64,000 nt of DNA, from NCBI GenBank assembly GCA_029564765.1, contig JAKQPK010000013.1, forward strand, positions 219,164 to 283,163, given 5' to 3'. Source of the DNA: Candidatus Omnitrophota bacterium (lineage in GTDB: Bacteria; Omnitrophota; Gorgyraeia; Zapsychrales; Aceulaceae). The notes below the pieces were generated by a model, which saw nothing but the letters and a program-made list of their open reading frames with translations, had not been told where the DNA came from and searched no databases. Both the position numbers and the translations under genes were made by a program. Below, piece by piece: positions 36,647 through 45,810 of the stretch. Each line of letters opens with the position of its first letter. Position 1 is the first letter of the stretch.

Positions 36647-37966
36647 ATGAAGCAAAAGATCATCAATTTTATCAAGAAGGATATTTGGCGGATCAGAGCC
36701 TCCAAGATGCCTCGCCAGCAATCTTTTCTTATTAAGAACCTTCGGATTGTGATCCTAGCACTCCGCGGTTTTAATGAAGATAAATGTTCCTTGCGATCAT
36801 CCGCCCTCACTTTTTATACCTTATTGTCAATCGTTCCTATCTTTGCCATGGCTTTTGGTATTGCCAAAGGTTTTGGTTTTGAGAAGCTTTTAGAACAGCA
36901 TATTTTAGAGAAATTCCCTGGCCAGACTGATGTCATTGTCAATATCATTAATTTTGCGAATACGATGCTGGAGCATACGCGAGGCGGCTTGATCGCGGGA
37001 GTTGGCGTCGCTGTTTTGTTTTGGTCCGTGATCAAGGTTCTGAGCAATATTGAGATCTCTTTTAATGATATTTGGGGCGTTAAAAAGATGCGAGATGTTG
37101 GCCGTCGTCTAAGTGATTATCTTTCTGTCATGCTTATTTGCCCTATTTTCTTTATCTTTTCAAGTGGATTAACTGTTTTCGTTAAGACCCAGGCGATCAT
37201 GATCACGGAAAAGATCGCCATCTTAGGCCCTGTCAGTTCCTTGATCTATTTTCTTTTGGAGTTCTTGCCGTATACGATCATGTGGGCTGTCTTTACGTTC
37301 ATTTATATTTTTATCCCTAACACCAAAGTCCAATGGAAGTCGGCACTTGTTGCGGGTATCATCGCCGGAACGATCTATCAAGCAACCCAATTATTTTATG
37401 TCAATTTTCAGGTTGGCGTGGCGAAAAGCAACGCGATCTACGGCAGCTTTGCCGCTTTGCCGCTTTTCTTGGTTTGGCTGCAGCTTTCTTGGCGTATTGT
37501 TTTGTTCGGCGCGGAGCTTTCGTTCGCGCATCAAAATGTGGATACGTATGAGTTTGAGCCTGATTGCTTGAATGTGAGCCGGTCTTTTCGAAGGCTGTTG
37601 ACCTTGCGCGTACTGAATTTGATCATCAAGAATTTTGCAAAAGGCGAAACGCCTTTGACAGAAAACGAGATCTCTCAAGAGCTGGAGATCCCGATCAGGC
37701 TTTTGCGGGATATCCTGAGCGAACTTTTGGACGCACGCTTAGTGTCCGCCGTCAAGGGTGGAGAAGCCAGGGCTTTGGCCTATCATCCTGGATGTGATAT
37801 TAATATTATGACGATCCATTATGTTCTAAGCCGTTTGGAAGAAAAAGGATCTGCGGATATCCCTGTGGCGCAGACAGCAGAATTCACAAAGATCAACGAT
37901 TCTCTTGAAGCCTTTGGCGCGCTTGTGGAGAGATCTTCTTTGAATTATCTTTTAAAGGATGTTTAG
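36647..37966 (+). CDS. YihY/BrkB family membrane protein (RNase BN-like) with a C-terminal extension
   Basis: YihY core with six TM helices (FAMAFGIAKGFGFEKLLEQ...) plus a roughly 130-aa cytoplasmic tail. Confidence 0.8.
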   Translation: MKQKIINFIKKDIWRIRASKMPRQQSFLIKNLRIVILALRGFNEDKCSLRSSALTFYTLLSIVPIFAMAFGIAKGFGFEKLLEQHILEKFPGQTDVIVNIINFANTMLEHTRGGLIAGVGVAVLFWSVIKVLSNIEISFNDIWGVKKMRDVGRRLSDYLSVMLICPIFFIFSSGLTVFVKTQAIMITEKIAILGPVSSLIYFLLEFLPYTIMWAVFTFIYIFIPNTKVQWKSALVAGIIAGTIYQATQLFYVNFQVGVAKSNAIYGSFAALPLFLVWLQLSWRIVLFGAELSFAHQNVDTYEFEPDCLNVSRSFRRLLTLRVLNLIIKNFAKGETPLTENEISQELEIPIRLLRDILSELLDARLVSAVKGGEARALAYHPGCDINIMTIHYVLSRLEEKGSADIPVAQTAEFTKINDSLEAFGALVERSSLNYLLKDV

Positions 37967-38019
37967 CCCATGGCGCACGAGAAAAAGTTTATTCATTTTA
38001 ATTAACTAAGGAGGCTGGC

Positions 38020-38355
38020 ATGAGAAAGTTGTTTGTTGTGGGTGTTGTGCTGTGTTTATGCTGTAGTGTTTTTTTTGGCTGTGAAAAAAAAGCCGGATCA
38101 GCGAGTGAAGCTATTGATAGCGCGCAGTCCTTGAAAACCGTCTCTGAAAAAGCAGATTATCTGATCAAACAGGCAGAAGCATTCTACAACTCAAAAGAAT
38201 TTCAGCAGGCTATTCAGGTCGCTCAATATGTTTTAAACAATCTGGATAAAGAGTCTAAGCCCGCTCAAAGCCTTATTGAAAAGGCTAAGGCTGAGCTGCA
38301 AGCGGCCGCGCAAAAGGCTGTTGGTGATGCTGCGAATAAGTTTCTTGGTAAGTAA
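38020..38355 (+). CDS. Small lipoprotein, hypothetical
   Basis: Signal peptide ending in a Cys cluster (LCLCCSVFFGC). Helical alanine-rich mature region. Confidence 0.5.
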   Translation: MRKLFVVGVVLCLCCSVFFGCEKKAGSASEAIDSAQSLKTVSEKADYLIKQAEAFYNSKEFQQAIQVAQYVLNNLDKESKPAQSLIEKAKAELQAAAQKAVGDAANKFLGK

Positions 38356-38385
38356 ATATAATAACTAACAAAAAAGGAGGAAAAG

Positions 38386-38787
38386 GTGAAAAAGGTTATC
38401 ATGTTTTTGTTCGCAATGGCGCTTGTGGTTTTTCCAAGGCTTGGTTTTGCCCAAGATAGCCAGGGATTGAGATTGGGTGGCCTAGATAAGGATGCTAAAA
38501 AAGCTAAGATTGAGGCTAAGAAGACAGCGAAACAAGCAGAAGTTGAAGCAAAAAAAGCAGAAGCCCAAGCAAAGAAAGAGGCTGAGCAGAAATTGAAAGA
38601 AGCTGAGAAAGCTAAAGAAAAGGCTGCAAAGGAAGCAGAAAAAAAGGCGAAGGAAGCTGAAAAGATTAGAGATCAGAAGATGAAAGAAGCGCAGAAAGCT
38701 AAAGAAAAATCCGCAAAAGAAGCTGAGCAAGCAAGAAAACAAGCAGAGAAGAAACGTCAAGAAGCGTTTAAAGGGTTGAAGAAGTAA
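38386..38787 (+). CDS. Secreted lysine/alanine/glutamate-rich repeat protein (coiled-coil, low complexity)
   Basis: Signal peptide, then about 90 aa of AKKAEAEAKK / KEAEKKAKEAEK-type heptad-like repeats. Confidence 0.5.
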   Translation: MKKVIMFLFAMALVVFPRLGFAQDSQGLRLGGLDKDAKKAKIEAKKTAKQAEVEAKKAEAQAKKEAEQKLKEAEKAKEKAAKEAEKKAKEAEKIRDQKMKEAQKAKEKSAKEAEQARKQAEKKRQEAFKGLKK

Positions 38788-38820
38788 GCTGTCGGTTGTT
38801 CTAAAAGAAGTCAACAAAAG

Positions 38821-38856
38821 CCCGCTGTTATTCGCTGCTCAGCGATTAACAGCGGG
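38821..38856. repeat. Long imperfect palindrome/hairpin (17-bp stem with 1 mismatch, 3-nt loop) with no U-tract
   Basis: CCCGCTGTTATTCGCTG-CTC-AGCGATTAACAGCGGG, immediately before the NUDIX gene. Confidence 0.6.
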
Positions 38857-38863
38857 TTCCATT

Positions 38864-39415
38864 ATGAAGAAATTGTCTGAAAAAATATTATTTCAAGGTA
38901 AGTGGATTTCTATCCGCGAAGTTCATTTTCTGAATCCGCGCCACCAAGAGGTTGCCTGGGAAACGATCGTTCGCAATGAACAGAAAAGCAGTGTCATTGT
39001 CGTGCCTATTTTGATGCCCTCTCGGCGCATTGTTTTGATCAAGCAATATCGCCTACCTCTAGAGGACTGGGTTATTGGATTTCCCGCCGGCATGACAGAT
39101 GGCAATCCTGACCAGGCGTTCCATGAGCTCAAGGAAGAAACAGGATACATAGGAGAGGTCGCAGAAGAAAGCCCTGCGTTGCAGATCAATTCCGGATTGC
39201 TCAATGAAACAACGAAGATCGTCGTCATGCACATCAATGAACACGACCCTGTTAATCAAAACCCCTGCCAATCTCTTGAGCCTACCGAGGAGATCGAGGT
39301 CTTGCTTGTGCCTTACAAGGAAGTCCGTACGTTTTTGTTAGAGCAAAATAGTAAGGGTGTGCGTATCGCAGCTGGGGTGTGGAGTGTTTTTGGCTTGCAG
39401 CTACATCTTGGCTGA
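38864..39415 (+). CDS. NUDIX hydrolase
   Basis: Nudix box GMTDGNPDQAFHELKEETGY (GX5EX7REUXEEXGU pattern). Confidence 0.8.
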   Translation: MKKLSEKILFQGKWISIREVHFLNPRHQEVAWETIVRNEQKSSVIVVPILMPSRRIVLIKQYRLPLEDWVIGFPAGMTDGNPDQAFHELKEETGYIGEVAEESPALQINSGLLNETTKIVVMHINEHDPVNQNPCQSLEPTEEIEVLLVPYKEVRTFLLEQNSKGVRIAAGVWSVFGLQLHLG

Positions 39416-40381
39416 TTGTTGGTCACGAAGCCTATTTTCTGAGGCAATTTTCTGAATATCATCGTAAACTTTCTGATTTGTCGGCACTGGGATGTTGTGT
39501 TTCTGGGCTAATGCAAGCACGACACCTGTTAAGGCGTCTATTTCAACACGTTTACCGGAGCGCAGGGCCTGCAGCGTCGATGATTTGTGATTAGCCGTAG
39601 CGGGAACAAGCTTTTCATAGAAAACCTTGGTGTACTCTTCCGGGGTGGCCCAATGTGTTTCATAGCCGGCGGCATTCATCACGTGAAAAATTTCTTTGAT
39701 GATCTCTTCCATGACCCTGCGGGTCTCTACTTTTTCCGCTAGCACACCGTAGGAAACTCCTAAGGTCGCGCCTAAAGGATTAAGTGCGCAATTATAAAGC
39801 AGCTTTGCCCACAGATCCTTTGCGATATCAGGCACAACACGGCAAGGAATACCGCCTTGATCAATAGATTGAGCAAGAGGTTTTAAGAAGTCAAGAGGGT
39901 TATCAAACAAGCTCCCTAAGTGAATATCATCCGCGTGGACCGTGATCACAACCTCATTGGGTTTAGGGCGCGAAAATCCTGTGATGACACGTGCGTTATA
40001 AAGTTGTTCTTCAGGAAAGTATTGCGTGAAGATCTCCGCGTTGCCCCAGCCATTTTGGCAAAGAATAATTTTTGTATTCTGATCCATCAGATGCGCGTTT
40101 TTATTTAAGATCGTGGCGGTTTCTTTAGAATCGTAGGATTTGACCGAGACGATAATAAAGTCAAAGGGTTCGCGAGGGATGTCGCTTGGTGCGCCAAAAG
40201 CGCGAAAACTACCCGCGTCCGCCGTAAAATCGCCAAAAAGACCGGTACGCTTGAAGCCTTCTTTATTTAAAAGTTCTGCTGTTTGCGGGCGGGTGAGAAC
40301 AGTCACATCACAGCCGCTTTTTATTAAGCAGCTGTCAATGCCAAGGCCGACTGCGCCAGCGCCAAAGTTCAGTATTTTCAT
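39401..40381 (-). CDS. panE: 2-dehydropantoate 2-reductase (ketopantoate reductase, ApbA/PanE family)
   Basis: N-terminal MKILNFGAGAVG Rossmann motif and the ApbA C-terminal domain. Confidence 0.8.
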   Translation of the reverse strand: MKILNFGAGAVGLGIDSCLIKSGCDVTVLTRPQTAELLNKEGFKRTGLFGDFTADAGSFRAFGAPSDIPREPFDFIIVSVKSYDSKETATILNKNAHLMDQNTKIILCQNGWGNAEIFTQYFPEEQLYNARVITGFSRPKPNEVVITVHADDIHLGSLFDNPLDFLKPLAQSIDQGGIPCRVVPDIAKDLWAKLLYNCALNPLGATLGVSYGVLAEKVETRRVMEEIIKEIFHVMNAAGYETHWATPEEYTKVFYEKLVPATANHKSSTLQALRSGKRVEIDALTGVVLALAQKHNIPVPTNQKVYDDIQKIASENRLRDQQSAKM

Positions 40382-40483
40382 TACTTCTCCTTTTTGTTCA
40401 TTATAAAGGTTTTTGATCAGAAAACAAAATTTTCATGTTTTAACCGAGAGTTGTTATAATTATAAAGATTATGTCAATGGTAG

Positions 40484-40894
40484 GTGCAGATGCCAGAAAG
40501 AAATCCTTTCTCTCCCAGGTACTCGATCGTGATCTTTGATGGGGTGTGTTGTTTGTGCAACGGTTTTGTTGATTTTATTTTAAAGCATGATAAGAACAAA
40601 AACTTTCGTTTATTGCCCAGCCAATCATCAGCAGCACAGAAAATGTTGTCAGTGTTTGGATTTGCCTCTCAGGTCAATGACTCTGTATATTTGATCCAGG
40701 GAGGGAATATTTACAAAGAATCGGCAGCCGGTTTGCGCATTTTAAAAACATTAGGGTTTCCTTTCAGCTTGTGTTATGTTTTCATGGTCGTGCCGGCTTT
40801 TTTACGTAATATGATTTACAGGGTCATTGCCCAAAATCGCTATCGTTGGTTTGGAAAAAAAGAGTCTTGCCGGCTTTTGCCACCCCAAGAATAA
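40484..40894 (+). CDS. DCC-family thiol-disulfide oxidoreductase (DUF393, YuxK-like)
   Basis: IFDGVCCLCNGFVDFILKHD motif. Confidence 0.7.
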   Translation: MQMPERNPFSPRYSIVIFDGVCCLCNGFVDFILKHDKNKNFRLLPSQSSAAQKMLSVFGFASQVNDSVYLIQGGNIYKESAAGLRILKTLGFPFSLCYVFMVVPAFLRNMIYRVIAQNRYRWFGKKESCRLLPPQE

Positions 40895-40909
40895 TACAAA
40901 GGAGCAAAA

Positions 40910-41461
40910 ATGAAAATACTATTATTGAGCGTTATGGTGTTGGGTTTTTTTGCATTTTGCGTGTCACCGTTGCGGGCCCAGAGCTCAGAGGATATTTACG
41001 GATTTACGGTTTCTGACATCGACGGAAAACCTGTGCCGCTTTCTGATTACAAAGGCAAGGTTTTACTCATCGTTAATACTGCCTCGAACTGCGGGCTCAC
41101 GCCCCAATACAAATCTCTCGAAGAGCTTTATCAGAAATATAAAGATAGAGGTTTTGTTGTTTTGGCGTTTCCGGCTAACAATTTTATGGGTCAGGAACCG
41201 GGCACTAACGAAGAGATCAAGAATTTTTGCACCATCAATTACAAGACGACCTTTCCGCTGTTTTCCAAGATCAGCGTCCAGGGAGAGGACATCGCGCCGT
41301 TATATGCGTATTTAACAGGTGTTCCGGGATTTGAAGGAGGTATCATCTGGAATTTTAATAAATTTTTGATCGATCGAGCAGGAAAAGTTGTCGGACGGTT
41401 CGCAAGCCCCGTTAATCCGATGTCTGAGGAGATGATAAAAGCCGTGGAAGGGCAATTATAA
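40910..41461 (+). CDS. gpx: Glutathione peroxidase with a signal peptide
   Basis: LIVNTASNCGLTPQY ... FPANNFMGQEPG ... WNFNKFLI GPx motifs. Confidence 0.9.
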   Translation: MKILLLSVMVLGFFAFCVSPLRAQSSEDIYGFTVSDIDGKPVPLSDYKGKVLLIVNTASNCGLTPQYKSLEELYQKYKDRGFVVLAFPANNFMGQEPGTNEEIKNFCTINYKTTFPLFSKISVQGEDIAPLYAYLTGVPGFEGGIIWNFNKFLIDRAGKVVGRFASPVNPMSEEMIKAVEGQL

Positions 41462-41474
41462 TTTTACAATGGTG

Positions 41475-41510
41475 TTCAGATTCAGCTGCTGGGCCGCAGC
41501 TGAATCTGAA
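41475..41510. promoter_or_regulatory. Perfect 15-bp-stem hairpin (TTCAGATTCAGCTGC-TGGGCC-GCAGCTGAATCTGAA) between gpx and the dodecin gene
   Basis: Read directly. No U-tract follows. A second perfect 7-bp hairpin ACGACAT-TTC-ATGTCGT lies at 41532-41548. Confidence 0.6.
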
Positions 41511-41576
41511 TTAATTCATGCGGCTGGCTTGACGACATTTCATGTCGTAAGTCAGGCATTCATTGAAGGAGGCAAT

Positions 41577-41768
41577 ATGTTCCAAATGATCGAAGTGATT
41601 GGCATTTCGCCTGTGAGCTTAAGCGAGGCAGTAAAAAATGCTGTGAGTGACGTAGCGAAAACGAAGAAAGATATTCATTTTTTTGAGGTTACAGAGCAGC
41701 GGGGTTGCGTGCGTGAAGGTAAGATCAAGGAATTTCAAGTCAAGGTCAAGGTGGCATTCGTTGAATAG
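41577..41768 (+). CDS. Dodecin family flavin-binding protein
   Basis: AGGAGG SD. 63-aa protein MFQMIEVIGISP...FFEV...GCVREGKIKEFQVKVKVAF matches the dodecin fold pattern. The ORF-track start at 41469 is rejected. Confidence 0.65.
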   Translation: MFQMIEVIGISPVSLSEAVKNAVSDVAKTKKDIHFFEVTEQRGCVREGKIKEFQVKVKVAFVE

Positions 41769-41798
41769 CGTTGACTGCAACCGCATAAAATCTATCCG

Positions 41799-43142
41799 AT
41801 GAACCCAGGGCGTATTCGTATATTAAAAGCTGGCAAGCGGGGTTCCGGCCCGGTTGTCTACTGGATGAGCCGGGATCAGCGCTTCAATGATAATTGGGCG
41901 CTTATTTTTGCCCAGGAACTTGCCTTAAAGAATGCAGTGCCGCTTGGCATTGTATTTGCCCTTGCGTCAAAATTTTTAAACGCAACTAGGCGCCATTATG
42001 ATTTTATGCTCAAAGGGCTGATCGAGCTTCAAAAGAATTTGGCCGCGAAAAACATCCCGTTTTTTCTTTTGTCCGGAAACCCATCTGAAGAGATCTTCAA
42101 ATTTGTGAAGAAGCACGAAGCCGGCGCACTTGTTTGCGATTTTGATCCCTTGCGCGTCAAGCGCGCGTGGAAGAGCGAGGTCGCGCGCAAGATCGATATC
42201 CCTTTCTACGAAGTGGATGCCCATAACATTGTGCCGTGTTGGGTGGCTTCGCCTAAGCAGGAATTCGGCGCTTATACCATTCGGCCGAAGATCAACCGTA
42301 TTCTGGACATTTATCTAAAAGATTTTCCAAAAGTGACTCGGCACCGTTATTCGTTCACTGAAAATCCGCAAGCGATCGATGTGGACTGCATTTTAGCGCA
42401 GTTAAAGTGCGGCCAAAGTGCGGGTCCCGTAGCCTGGATCAAGCCTGGCGAGAAGAATGCCGCGGCCGCGCTTAAGAAATTTATCAGTAAGAAATTATCC
42501 AAATATGATGCGGCCCGAAACGACCCCAACCTCGGCGGCCAGTCTGATCTTTCGCCGTATTTGCATTTTGGGCAGTTGTCAGCCCAGCGCGTGGCGCTCG
42601 CTGTCGCTCGCGCTAAGGCCAATGAAAATTCGAAGCAGGCATTCTTAGAAGAACTTGTTATTCGCCGGGAATTATCGGACAATTTTTGTTTTTATAATAA
42701 GAGCTATGACAATATCGCATGCGCGCCAAATTGGGCGCGCACCACGTTCATGGCACACGCGAAAGACCGGCGAGAATATCTTTACACGCTTAAAGAATTT
42801 GAAGACGCTAAAACGCATGATCAACTTTGGAATGCGGCACAAATGGAGATGATGAAGACCGGTAAGATGCATGGTTTTATGCGCATGTATTGGGCCAAGA
42901 AGATCCTGGAATGGACACCAAGCCCCAAGAAAGCTTTTGAGATAGCGGTTTATTTAAACGATAAGTATTCACTCGACGGCCGTGACCCCAACGGCTACGC
43001 GGGTATCGCTTGGTCCGTTGCCGGTGTTCATGATCGGGCTTGGGGCGAGCGCGCCATCTTCGGCAAGGTACGCTATATGAGCTATAATGGGTGCAAGAAT
43101 AAGTTTGATATCGAGCAATATATTGAAAAGATCGAAAAATAA
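41799..43142 (+). CDS. phr: Deoxyribodipyrimidine photolyase, class II (CPD)
   Basis: N-terminal alpha/beta domain and C-terminal FAD-binding helical domain, with characteristic class II spacing (WxxxxR...). Confidence 0.85.
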   Translation: MNPGRIRILKAGKRGSGPVVYWMSRDQRFNDNWALIFAQELALKNAVPLGIVFALASKFLNATRRHYDFMLKGLIELQKNLAAKNIPFFLLSGNPSEEIFKFVKKHEAGALVCDFDPLRVKRAWKSEVARKIDIPFYEVDAHNIVPCWVASPKQEFGAYTIRPKINRILDIYLKDFPKVTRHRYSFTENPQAIDVDCILAQLKCGQSAGPVAWIKPGEKNAAAALKKFISKKLSKYDAARNDPNLGGQSDLSPYLHFGQLSAQRVALAVARAKANENSKQAFLEELVIRRELSDNFCFYNKSYDNIACAPNWARTTFMAHAKDRREYLYTLKEFEDAKTHDQLWNAAQMEMMKTGKMHGFMRMYWAKKILEWTPSPKKAFEIAVYLNDKYSLDGRDPNGYAGIAWSVAGVHDRAWGERAIFGKVRYMSYNGCKNKFDIEQYIEKIEK

Positions 43143-43158
43143 AGAAGGGCGGATCGTT

Positions 43159-44082
43159 ATGAATCGTGTCTTAACAGAAAAGATCAGGATCGGGATCAGC
43201 GAATGTAATTTTGGCGCTCAAGTGCGCTGGAATCATGTGGGTTGGGACCGAGTGGCAAAACTTGGACGCGTACAAATGGATTATGCCTGGATCCCTGTTT
43301 GCCCGGAAGTTTTAAGCGGGCTCGGCGTGCCGCGTCCTCCGATGAAACTAGTTGTTGGAAGCGGTGATGATTTTTGGCAAGGGAAGGCTCGCATGAAAAA
43401 CCGCCAAGGCCGCGATGTGTCGAATGAAATGCGCGCAGGCGCTTCGACCGCGCAGGAGATCATCATGCGTTCCGGTGCGGAGGCGTTTGCCTTTATGGAA
43501 GGAAGCCCATCCTGCGGAGTTTACCGTACTACCTTAAAAGATAAAAGGCTTGGACGCCCACCAGGGGTTTTTGGATCCCTGCTTTTAAAAAAAGACTTGT
43601 TTCTTATTCCTGTTCTTGATCTTGACAGCCCATGGAAATGGTGGGATTGGTCGCGCAGGCTCCATGCCTTTGCATGGCTCAAACGCCTTGAGGTCAACGG
43701 AAAGCAGGAGTTGTTTGAGGCGTGGCATATTTTAAAGTTTGTCTGTCAAGAAGCTGATGAACGAGCGGCACGAAACCTTGGAACACAGCTGGCTACTGCC
43801 CCTAGAAAGCTTACGAAAGAATTTGTCGCTGATTGGAAAATGCAAGTTTTCTTTCTGCTGAGAAGGCCATCCACCCTCAAGCGAATTCACGCTACCATGG
43901 TCAAGCATTACGCTCATTATCGTAAGACTTTCGGTCTAAAGGCTCAGGAAGTCAGCGCTCCGAGCTTGCTTGTTAGTAAGCATGAATTTGTCGAAGAGTT
44001 GGGGAAGATGGAGCGAAAAGCCTTTGAAAAAGAGTATTTCTTTGCCGGAAGACCGATATTCTATGTCCCGGATAGTAGATAA
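43159..44082 (+). CDS. DUF523 + DUF1722 fusion protein (YbgA-like, photolyase-associated)
   Basis: N-terminal DUF523-like CxxC-containing domain (ISECNFG...CPEV) and a C-terminal helical DUF1722-like region. ybgA-phr linkage is known in E. coli. Confidence 0.65.
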   Translation: MNRVLTEKIRIGISECNFGAQVRWNHVGWDRVAKLGRVQMDYAWIPVCPEVLSGLGVPRPPMKLVVGSGDDFWQGKARMKNRQGRDVSNEMRAGASTAQEIIMRSGAEAFAFMEGSPSCGVYRTTLKDKRLGRPPGVFGSLLLKKDLFLIPVLDLDSPWKWWDWSRRLHAFAWLKRLEVNGKQELFEAWHILKFVCQEADERAARNLGTQLATAPRKLTKEFVADWKMQVFFLLRRPSTLKRIHATMVKHYAHYRKTFGLKAQEVSAPSLLVSKHEFVEELGKMERKAFEKEYFFAGRPIFYVPDSR

Positions 44083-44114
44083 TACACCACAATACGTGAT
44101 TTATTCATAAAAAT

Positions 44115-44160
44115 AAGGGATTATGGTATCCATAATCCCTTATTTCTTACATTTTTAATC
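44115..44160. terminator. Bidirectional intrinsic terminator between convergent genes
   Basis: Perfect 12-bp stem AAGGGATTATGG-TAT-CCATAATCCCTT with T-rich runs on both sides. Confidence 0.65.
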
Positions 44161-44200
44161 CACTGAATATCGATATTATTCTTAAGTCAATATTTTACAA

Positions 44201-44647
44201 TTACTTAAGATATGTTTTAAGAATCTCCCATGTTTTAGCGCCTACAATGCTGTCAGCTTTAAGATTATTAGCTTTCTGAAAGGCGGCAATGGCTGCAATT
44301 GTATTTGGACCGATCTTTCCATCAATATTCCCTTGATAATATCCGGCTGATTTGAGGGCTTTCTGGACATCGGTTATTGGAGCGTTTACGCGGATAATAC
44401 CAAGACTGTCCTTGGTTTCTGGAGTAGCGGTAACGGCTGGTGTTTTTGCAGCTTTCTTCGCGCTTACGCTATCAAGCTGGTATTGTAGATCAGAGATCTC
44501 TCTGTCTCGCTGGTCAAGCGTTGCCTCAAGGGTCATAATCCGATTATTTAAAGTCGATATTTGATCTGTGCGCGCTTTTGTTGTTTGGCATCCTGTTAAC
44601 ATGCCAGCGATGATCGTGAAGGCGAGAAGAAAAATAGCGTTTCTCAT
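44201..44647 (-). CDS. Lipoprotein with a peptidoglycan-binding (PG_binding_1) C-terminal domain
   Basis: Lipobox LTGC, coiled-coil linker, then the AGYYQGNIDGKIGPNTIAAIAAFQKANNL motif. Confidence 0.65.
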   Translation of the reverse strand: MRNAIFLLAFTIIAGMLTGCQTTKARTDQISTLNNRIMTLEATLDQRDREISDLQYQLDSVSAKKAAKTPAVTATPETKDSLGIIRVNAPITDVQKALKSAGYYQGNIDGKIGPNTIAAIAAFQKANNLKADSIVGAKTWEILKTYLK

Positions 44648-44810
44648 ATGAGCTCCTTTGAAGGGGTTAAGTTTTCTTTATTATATAAAAAATTTATACA
44701 ATGTCTAGATGATTTGATTAAATTGTTTTTACTTCTTTATTGTCAAAATCGTTGACAAAATATTCAGCGCCTATTAACATGAACTATTCTTATCCCACGC
44801 AAGGAGACTT

Positions 44811-45773
44811 ATGCTAGAGTCAGCGATCAGTTGGTTTATTTTTTCTTTTTTGCGCCTTGATCCGTCGTCTCGCTCGGTCAATGTCCTGCATTTTTTTCTC
44901 TATGATGCGGTCAAGATCATTTTATTGCTGTTCGTTATGATCTCTTTTTTAGGGTTCTTGCGAACGTTCTTGGATGAGAAACGTATTAAGGCATGGCTAA
45001 GCCAGAAACGGATCTTGGCAGCTTTTTATGCATCTTTATTTGGCACGATCACGCCTTTTTGTTCTTGCTCATCGATCCCGATCTTTCTAAGTTTTGTTAA
45101 GATGGGGATTCCTGTAGGTGTGATGTTCGCGTTCCTTATTACCTCGCCTTTGATCAACGAATATCTTGTTGTCTTGATGTTGAATTTCTTTGGCTGGAAG
45201 ATCACTGTTCTATATGTTGTCAGCGGCATGGCCCTAGGTATCGGGGCAGGACTTATTTTAGGGCAGATGAAGCTCGAGAGTCTTTTAGAGAGGGACATTG
45301 TTGGCCCGATGACCGATAAACAACAGCAGCGCGTGTACACGACGATCTGGCAGAGGGTGCAGTTTGGGCTCATTGAAGCAAAGGCTATTTTGCAGCGTCT
45401 CTGGGTCTGGATCCTGGCTGGTGTTGGTTTGGGAGCCTTGATCCATAATTACGTTCCTCAAGAGGTGATCCAGTCAGCCATCAGTAAGACAGGCCCTTTT
45501 TCAGTTCCTGCCGCTGTCGGTCTAGGCGTTCCTATGTACGGTAGCTGTGCGGCCATTGTCCCGATCGCCGTAGCGCTTTTTCGTAAAGGTGTCCCTTTGG
45601 GAACCGCGTTGGCGTTTATGATGGCGGTCAGCGCTTTAAGCTTACCGGAAGCTGTTATTTTACGGCGAGCGATGAAAATGAAGTTGATCGTGATCTTTTT
45701 TTCTTTGATCACAATCGGCATTATTTTTACAGGGTATCTGTTTAACGTTCTTCAGCAGACCCTAATTCCATAG
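44811..45773 (+). CDS. Predicted permease, ArsP_1/DUF318 family
   Basis: TPFCSCSSIP signature motif and about 8 TM helices. Confidence 0.65.
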   Translation: MLESAISWFIFSFLRLDPSSRSVNVLHFFLYDAVKIILLLFVMISFLGFLRTFLDEKRIKAWLSQKRILAAFYASLFGTITPFCSCSSIPIFLSFVKMGIPVGVMFAFLITSPLINEYLVVLMLNFFGWKITVLYVVSGMALGIGAGLILGQMKLESLLERDIVGPMTDKQQQRVYTTIWQRVQFGLIEAKAILQRLWVWILAGVGLGALIHNYVPQEVIQSAISKTGPFSVPAAVGLGVPMYGSCAAIVPIAVALFRKGVPLGTALAFMMAVSALSLPEAVILRRAMKMKLIVIFFSLITIGIIFTGYLFNVLQQTLIP

Positions 45774-45810
45774 CGACATGATTTATTTCCGATAAAAGGC
45801 GAGGTGCGGA

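Noticed and set aside
38482-38817. Minus-strand 111-aa poly-Phe/Leu/Ser ORF
   Set aside because: It is the antisense image of the KAE-repeat protein gene.
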